Shown here: positions 58,402 to 64,000 of the stretch, piece after piece
Layout: each line of letters opens with the position of its first letter
Numbering within the stretch: the stretch's first letter is position 1
Sequence record: LC667451.1
Strand: one strand, 5' to 3'
Length of the DNA stretch: 64,000 bases
Translations under genes and position numbers: made by a program
The notes under the pieces: model-generated
Seen by the model: only the letters and a program-made list of their open reading frames with translations
What the model was told of the DNA's origin: nothing
Databases searched by the model: none

Positions 58402-58551
58402 ATTGACTCAAGGCTTTAAAGCCGTTGTAGGGTTCGACGATGCTCTTGCCGCACCCCTCACAGACGTGTTGCACCAACACCAGGTCAGTGCGAATCATCT
58501 TCTTGGAGGGATGCTTGCAAAGCGCTTCTTTCAGGAGGCGCCGCAGATACT

Positions 58552-59982
58552 TCATGCAGCAGCCTTCAGCGCGTCCAGAGCGACCGGGTACCAGTAGGGA
58601 TGGTACAGGCCCTTACGCATACGCAAGAGATCCATGGTCGAGAGGAACGGTTGCGGGTGGTTTTCGTCCGTGGTCCACCAGCCGCGCGTGTTCAGCAGCA
58701 GATCCCAGTCGTAACCTTTCGCCTTCAGATCGGCGTAGAGTTCTTCCGGCGTACACATCAGGTCGTCGAGGTGATGCCACATGTAAGACATCTGGCACAG
58801 TTCGGACGTGATGTTCAGCGCTCGGCGCAGCTTCGGATCTTCGTCGATCTTCGAGCGCACGGTGGTGCGCTGAAGCTTGACGTCAGGATAGATAGCCAGC
58901 GCGTAGGTGATCTTGCTGCCCACCAGACCGTAGTAATCCTGCTCACGGATATGGTGGAATTCCGTGAGTGAAGGCAGCACACCTTCAGTCTGCGAAACGA
59001 TCAGCGTAATGGCCATGCCCGACGGACCCGACTTCGAACGCAGGTTGCGCAACTGGACCGTATTCAAGTCCGTGTCGAGCTTCATCTTGTCGTCCGAATC
59101 ACGCGGGTATTCCGGTCCGTTCTTGTCCGCCGCGATCAACGGACTCGCGTTGTACGCGTGCCAGCAGTTGTGCGTGATGAAGGTGAACTTGTCGGTCGTG
59201 CCCTTGATCTTGTCGCCGTTCTTCAGGTGCTTGAGCTTGACGATCGGGACCTGACCAGCAGGTCCGGCGTTTTGCATCGTCGACTCCTTGCCGATGTGAG
59301 CCGTCATCAACGAGTAGTTGTTCGCCTGACCGTTCAGACGCGGTGCTTCCATCAGCAGACGCAGTTTCGCCAGACCCTGACGCATGTGGATGGTGTTACC
59401 ACCCGATTCGCCCAGATCGTTCTTGTCTTGCATGTCCATCACGTCCGAGGTCTCGAATTCCGTGAAGGAGTCGATCTCGTTGAACGTCGGGATGATCATC
59501 TTCAGCGGACCGGAACGATCGCGATTCCAGAACGGCGTGTCGACCGACCACTTGGCCGCATTCTTCGCCTTGTCTTCCAGGAACTCGCGTTGCTTGGCGT
59601 ACCAGTCGTCACCCGTATGCATCGTCTTGTCGGTGATAATCCAGCGACCCGTTTGCAGCACGTCTTCTTCGTGCAGGCCTTCGACGCGACGGATCATTTC
59701 CGCCAAGTGCCATTCCTGGATGTTGACTTCGGTGTCGTAGGTGGACGCCGAACCGCGCTCAAAGCGCGACATCGCCGTGAGCATCTGGTAGTGCATCACC
59801 GTCGACTTGAAGTTGTTACCAATCCCCACGACCCCCGTGAGTGTTGCCAGGCCGCCGTTCAGGATGTGCTCACCCCGACGACCTTCGATGTACGTCCCAG
59901 TCGGGATGTCCATCAGCGCCCCGATGTTGATCATCAACTTCACCGGGGGCGCAGCAGTAATTTTAGGTTGAAGAAATTCCAT
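58552..59982 (-). CDS. uvsX: UvsX/RecA-like recombinase (476 aa; start MEFLQP)
   Basis: P-loop variant 'GIGNNFKST', 'YDTE', 'EIDSFT', 'TAHIG' and 'RSKSGPSG', as in phiKZ-family RecA homologues. Confidence 0.85.
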   Translation of the reverse strand: MEFLQPKITAAPPVKLMINIGALMDIPTGTYIEGRRGEHILNGGLATLTGVVGIGNNFKSTVMHYQMLTAMSRFERGSASTYDTEVNIQEWHLAEMIRRVEGLHEEDVLQTGRWIITDKTMHTGDDWYAKQREFLEDKAKNAAKWSVDTPFWNRDRSGPLKMIIPTFNEIDSFTEFETSDVMDMQDKNDLGESGGNTIHMRQGLAKLRLLMEAPRLNGQANNYSLMTAHIGKESTMQNAGPAGQVPIVKLKHLKNGDKIKGTTDKFTFITHNCWHAYNASPLIAADKNGPEYPRDSDDKMKLDTDLNTVQLRNLRSKSGPSGMAITLIVSQTEGVLPSLTEFHHIREQDYYGLVGSKITYALAIYPDVKLQRTTVRSKIDEDPKLRRALNITSELCQMSYMWHHLDDLMCTPEELYADLKAKGYDWDLLLNTRGWWTTDENHPQPFLSTMDLLRMRKGLYHPYWYPVALDALKAAA

Positions 59983-60119
59983 TGCCTTGACTTTTGTTAG
60001 AGAGACGAAGAAACACAGCCTTACAAATGATGGCGTTTGACGGTGAAATTTACCACTCACCCGTAAGGTGTCGCGCATGTTATGGCAAACACACGTACTC
60101 TTTCACCTGAAGGACAACT

Positions 60120-60944
60120 ATGGACTCGCTTCAAACTCTGCGTCACCATCGTGACGTCGTGGCGCTGGAGACTTTCAGCGTCCAGACCCTCGATGTTACC
60201 AGCATGCTCAAGAAGGTCATGCCGGACATCAAGTCACACTTCAGTAACTTCGTCGCTCGCTTCTCCGCCAACGATAAACCGATCCCGCTCTCGCGCGATC
60301 AACGCAATTTCATCAAGCTGGTCGAGAAGCACAACTTCGTCGACATCAGCCCGCTGGCCGTGGTCGTACCCGAAGGCTTCGATGCCGACTTCGTCGTGCT
60401 TGGCAACGTGCTGCATCAGGCAGCGGACCATGCACTGAAGGTGCGTGACCTCCTGAATACGTACACCACGTATCTGGCGATGCTCATCACCAACGAGTTC
60501 CAGCGCTTCGAGACGAAGAACAGTGTACAGGTCTATCAGGGCATGCAAACCGAGCGTGAACAGGTCCTCAAGGAACTGGGTGCACTCTTCAAGCCGGGTA
60601 GCCACGAAACCAAGCGTCAGTACGGTCAGGTCGTCACCCGCAACAAGGACTGGGAAATCGTCTTCGGTGAAGTCGACACCCTCTCCAAGCAGATGAACTC
60701 CGTCGATCGCACCGCCCTGAACCACAAGGTGAAGGAAGCCGGTCAGTTGATGGACAAGGTCATCGGCATGCTCAAGGATGGCAAGCTGGAATCGAGCGCG
60801 CCCGAAGTCGCCCAGGAACTTGCCGAAGGTGCGTTCCAGATCGCGAGCGAGCTCGAGTTCTTCTCCGTCATTTACTACCGCGTGATGGCCTACGTCACGT
60901 CGGTGAACACCACCGTCGACAAGATCACCGAGATCCTGAAGTAA
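60120..60944 (+). CDS. Putative virion head protein (274 aa)
   Basis: GAAGGA SD; N-terminal 'VVALE' protease-type site; strong codon bias; divergent from uvsX. Confidence 0.72.
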   Translation: MDSLQTLRHHRDVVALETFSVQTLDVTSMLKKVMPDIKSHFSNFVARFSANDKPIPLSRDQRNFIKLVEKHNFVDISPLAVVVPEGFDADFVVLGNVLHQAADHALKVRDLLNTYTTYLAMLITNEFQRFETKNSVQVYQGMQTEREQVLKELGALFKPGSHETKRQYGQVVTRNKDWEIVFGEVDTLSKQMNSVDRTALNHKVKEAGQLMDKVIGMLKDGKLESSAPEVAQELAEGAFQIASELEFFSVIYYRVMAYVTSVNTTVDKITEILK

Positions 60945-60945
60945 C

Positions 60946-60998
60946 GGCATAAACCCACTAGCTCACCCAATGGACCGGGTAGGCTAGTGGGTTATGAC
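60946..60998. terminator. GGCATA-hairpin-TATGAC bidirectional element
   Basis: AACCCACTAGC ... GCTAGTGGGTT stem between convergent genes. Confidence 0.75.
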
Positions 60999-61017
60999 CT
61001 GCTGGGTGTCGGTGGGA

Positions 61018-61431
61018 TTAGCCCAGGACTTCCGACTTGTGGTGCACGAACTTCTCGAGATCTGCATCCAGATCACCTTCTCGACCGTAACGCAAACAGC
61101 GAGGAATGCAGGCTTTGATCTGTTGGACAAGATCTCGGATCGTGGCCTCGGGGAGGGGACCCCCCTTGCCAAGCAATTCAATCGCATCGACCGAGCGCTT
61201 GCCGTCCCAAATCGCACGAGAAAGCGATGCTGGCCATTTCATCGCGTCCTCCGAGCCCGCCAGATCCATAAGACTGTTGAGCTTGCGAAGTGTCGTAACA
61301 TCCAGATCTTGCGTCTCCTTGGCCCGCGCCGCCAACGACGTGAACAGGATCAGTCGCTTGGTACGACCAGGCAGTGACGTTTCCAGGAGACTTGCAAATC
61401 CGGACTTCAGACGTGCAGTTAACCGTTGCAT
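61018..61431 (-). CDS. Hypothetical protein (137 aa; start MQRLTA)
   Basis: GGAG SD at the re-assigned start. Confidence 0.65.
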   Translation of the reverse strand: MQRLTARLKSGFASLLETSLPGRTKRLILFTSLAARAKETQDLDVTTLRKLNSLMDLAGSEDAMKWPASLSRAIWDGKRSVDAIELLGKGGPLPEATIRDLVQQIKACIPRCLRYGREGDLDADLEKFVHHKSEVLG

Positions 61432-61487
61432 AGGGCAGAACTCCAATAGAGCTACACCTGACGGTAAAAAGATGCAGCCCTTACAGG

Positions 61488-63596
61488 TTAGCGGGATTGC
61501 GGTGTCACAATTCGCACGTTGGAATACAGTCCCGCCCAAATCCCGACACAGCCGTCGATCTCGATGATCGTGGCGTAGCGAAAGATGTGCGGGGCCTCGA
61601 GCCAGCTGATGAGGCTGACTTTCGGATGAGACGTCTCGAGTCGCTTCAGAGCGTTCCGATCGATGAGGTCAATGCCAAGTGTCAGGGTCACTGGCGCAGA
61701 GCCGACACCTTCGTCGGTCTTATAATTGGCATTGACTTCGAGTGCCGCGTAGCCGACGTTATACTTCGGATTCAGCGTGCAGATGTCGACCGTCTCTTTC
61801 TTGACGAGCTTTTGACTCTTCTCATAAAGTATGTCAGTGAGATCCGTGACAACGATTTCCGGGTCCTTCGACAGATAGGCGTTGAGCTTGTGCGTCAAGA
61901 GCTCAACGTTCTCTACCGCACGCATGGCCAGGTGCGGCGGCCTCAACTCACGAGTGATCGGCTCCTTCTGCTTATCCTTGTCGAGGCTGTGCAGATCGTA
62001 GGTATCCAGTCGCGACGGGTCATCCTGCACCATCACGAGCGGACCATGATCCGTCAGCTTCTTATGGATGTCCGGACGATAGATAAAGTCCAGACGTGCT
62101 TGAGCGAGAGCCATAACGTTATCGGCCAACTTGCTCTGGTACCGGCGAACCAGTTCCAGAACCGTGTCCGGTTCCGCGAGTTTAATCACAGCGAATGCAC
62201 CGTCAGAGATTCGCTTACCCGGATGTTCTTCTTCCTTGCCGTTGCCGAGATAGTACACACCCGGAATGCAATACTCTTCACAGGTGTTGAAATACATCCG
62301 CGGCATGGAAATAAACGGATGTCTTTCCGTGTCGTATTTCCAGTAGCCCTCGGCCTCATCCACAGTCAGATCCGAATAGGCCACAACTGCAGGACCATCC
62401 GGATTGAACTGCCATGGCTTGCCGTAGAGCGCCTGCTGGGCCTTCATCACACCGATCGTTGCTGCCTGATCCGCCAACTCGTTGCCGAGATGGTCGTTGT
62501 GACCCTTGATCCAGTCGACACGAACTATCACGCCCCGATTCACCAGCACATCACGAGCACTTACCAGCTTCTTCCAGTACTCGCTATTCTTGACCGGAAA
62601 TCCGTCGACCTTGATCCAGTTGTTACGAATCCAAGTCGGGACATACTCAGCCAAGCCTTTGCAGACGTATTGGCTGTCCGCTCGAACCTGGACAACCTTG
62701 ACGTCGAATTGCGCAGCATGTTCTAGTGCCGCGCTCGCAGCAACGAGCTCTGCGATGTTGTTCGTCACGGGTTCGGCAAACCAACCAAAACCATCGACGT
62801 AATTGACCGGGGTCACTTCCAGATACTTCTTCTTGCCCAACGGATTGTCGAGCCAGTGCTGGAAGTCCTCAGGACCCCAGTCCTGATCCTTCTGTTTGTT
62901 GTAGTCTGCCTTGGTGTGATACCCGTCGACAGTCAATACATGATCAGGGTTGCCGGAGCCCTTTTTCGGTTTGACAGCACGATAGAGGAAACCATGAATG
63001 CCCCAACCACCAGGGCCGGGATTGGGTCGCGCACCACCGTCGGTGTGGTAAACGATCCCTAGTGGGGCATCGGTGAGCAACTGCGGTTGCTTGCTGACTT
63101 TAGCGAGTTCACCTGGCACGGTGACCGCTTCTTCGTTACTGGACATACGCTGTAATCCTTTCTTTTCTAATCTTACCGAATCAGGCTTGTTCGGACTCGT
63201 CAGACTATCCGCCAGTGCGGTAGAATGTACTTTGCGAACCTGGTTGGCCCTGACCTCATTCAGTAGGTAAGGTTGATCGTGGTGCAGGTCAATGTATTCC
63301 TGCGCGACCTCCTTCGAGACTTGCTGAGGGAGGTTGATGTAGTAGAAATCAAAGGCTCGCTTACCTTCTTTAAATGCACGTTGCAAACCCTTGTTTTCGG
63401 CTACACCCCGTTTCAAAGCACGTAGGTGTTTAAGACGACCTCGGTACAGGTGCTTAGTCTGTCCGAAGAAGACTTCATCAGTCCCAGGGAAGTAAATCGC
63501 GTACACACCCGGCAAAGGAATCCGCTTGCGCAAATCTCCATGGGCATAAAGCGACAGATTGGATTGGAGCCAATCTCGTATCGATGAAGTAGTCAT
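61488..63596 (-). CDS. rnh: RNase HI with C-terminal extension, in frame with an N-terminal GIY-YIG-like domain (internal start likely at 63146)
   Basis: RNase H motifs 'YHTDGGARPNPGPGGWG', 'TNNIAEL', 'VRADSQYV' and 'WIKGH....GNELADQAA'; N-terminal 'GVYAIYF....FFGQTKHL..R'. Confidence 0.85.
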   Translation of the reverse strand: MTTSSIRDWLQSNLSLYAHGDLRKRIPLPGVYAIYFPGTDEVFFGQTKHLYRGRLKHLRALKRGVAENKGLQRAFKEGKRAFDFYYINLPQQVSKEVAQEYIDLHHDQPYLLNEVRANQVRKVHSTALADSLTSPNKPDSVRLEKKGLQRMSSNEEAVTVPGELAKVSKQPQLLTDAPLGIVYHTDGGARPNPGPGGWGIHGFLYRAVKPKKGSGNPDHVLTVDGYHTKADYNKQKDQDWGPEDFQHWLDNPLGKKKYLEVTPVNYVDGFGWFAEPVTNNIAELVAASAALEHAAQFDVKVVQVRADSQYVCKGLAEYVPTWIRNNWIKVDGFPVKNSEYWKKLVSARDVLVNRGVIVRVDWIKGHNDHLGNELADQAATIGVMKAQQALYGKPWQFNPDGPAVVAYSDLTVDEAEGYWKYDTERHPFISMPRMYFNTCEEYCIPGVYYLGNGKEEEHPGKRISDGAFAVIKLAEPDTVLELVRRYQSKLADNVMALAQARLDFIYRPDIHKKLTDHGPLVMVQDDPSRLDTYDLHSLDKDKQKEPITRELRPPHLAMRAVENVELLTHKLNAYLSKDPEIVVTDLTDILYEKSQKLVKKETVDICTLNPKYNVGYAALEVNANYKTDEGVGSAPVTLTLGIDLIDRNALKRLETSHPKVSLISWLEAPHIFRYATIIEIDGCVGIWAGLYSNVRIVTPQSR

Positions 63597-63652
63597 GGTT
63601 AAGGGGCGGGCATGTTACAGAACATGACCCTACCCCGTCAAAAAAGCATTTT

Positions 63653-64000
63653 TTACTGCTGATGCTGCCTGACCCAGCGACTGCACTCGGTCATGTAGCG
63701 ACTGCGTTCAGCGTTCTTCTGATCCCGAACTTTGTTGCCGTAAGTGCGCAACTCATCAATGTGGTTGGTTAGCAACGTGATGAGGGCGTCCTTATCTTTC
63801 GGACTCAGCTGCTTCAGCTGATCTGAAGGCAACGCCGGGAGCTCGGGCACCGCCGCCAGTTTTCCCATCGGACACAAGAGTTGCCCCTTCTCATCTCGTG
63901 TCGCGACACCCGGATTGGGATTGACCGTTTCGATCACTTGCGGTTCGGGAGGCGGTGGATCGTCACCAAAGATGCGCTGAAAGAAACCCCGGTCATCTTT
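63653..64000 (-). CDS. Hypothetical protein truncated by the window edge; Pro-rich, weakly spanin/lipoprotein-like
   Basis: Frame stays open to 64000 (KDDRGFFQRIFGDDPPPPEPQ...); helical C-terminus. Confidence 0.55.
   Translation of the reverse strand, partial: KDDRGFFQRIFGDDPPPPEPQVIETVNPNPGVATRDEKGQLLCPMGKLAAVPELPALPSDQLKQLSPKDKDALITLLTNHIDELRTYGNKVRDQKNAERSRYMTECSRWVRQHQQ

Noticed and set aside
59790-59840. Non-canonical Walker A (GIGNNFKST) in UvsX
   Set aside because: As I recall, this is typical of phiKZ-like RecA homologues, so it is not evidence of inactivation or novelty.
1-64000. CRISPR arrays, tRNAs, IS elements or reverse transcriptase
   Set aside because: No regularly spaced direct repeats, cloverleaf T-loop/CCA, transposase or YxDD RT motifs were seen by eye.

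Overview
64 kb of a phiKZ-like jumbo myophage genome (Chimalliviridae-type). It is GC-rich and the codon usage suggests a Betaproteobacterial host such as Burkholderia or Ralstonia, which is inference only. Recognisable core genes are the family-B DNA polymerase catalytic subunit, PhuZ tubulin, large terminase, tail sheath and tube, prohead protease, three split virion RNA polymerase beta/beta' subunits, a 2239-aa tail lysin with a GH19 domain, UvsX/RecA and RNase H. Accessory genes include an RNA ligase, a NADAR-like protein, a SLOG/DUF2493 protein and GIY-YIG-like domains. The most unusual part is the polymerase-PhuZ interval (about 2.8-7.8 kb). Two long, highly base-paired intergenic regions (about 335 nt and about 650 nt) bracket a tandem array of seven divergent small genes that look paralogous. 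G-U wobble asymmetry places both regions on the + strand, antisense to all neighbouring genes, and the larger one has a perfect 10-bp pseudoknot. A recurring hairpin element flanked by TATG(C/A)C marks many gene junctions. All calls were made by eye from motifs and synteny; no database searches or folding programs were run.
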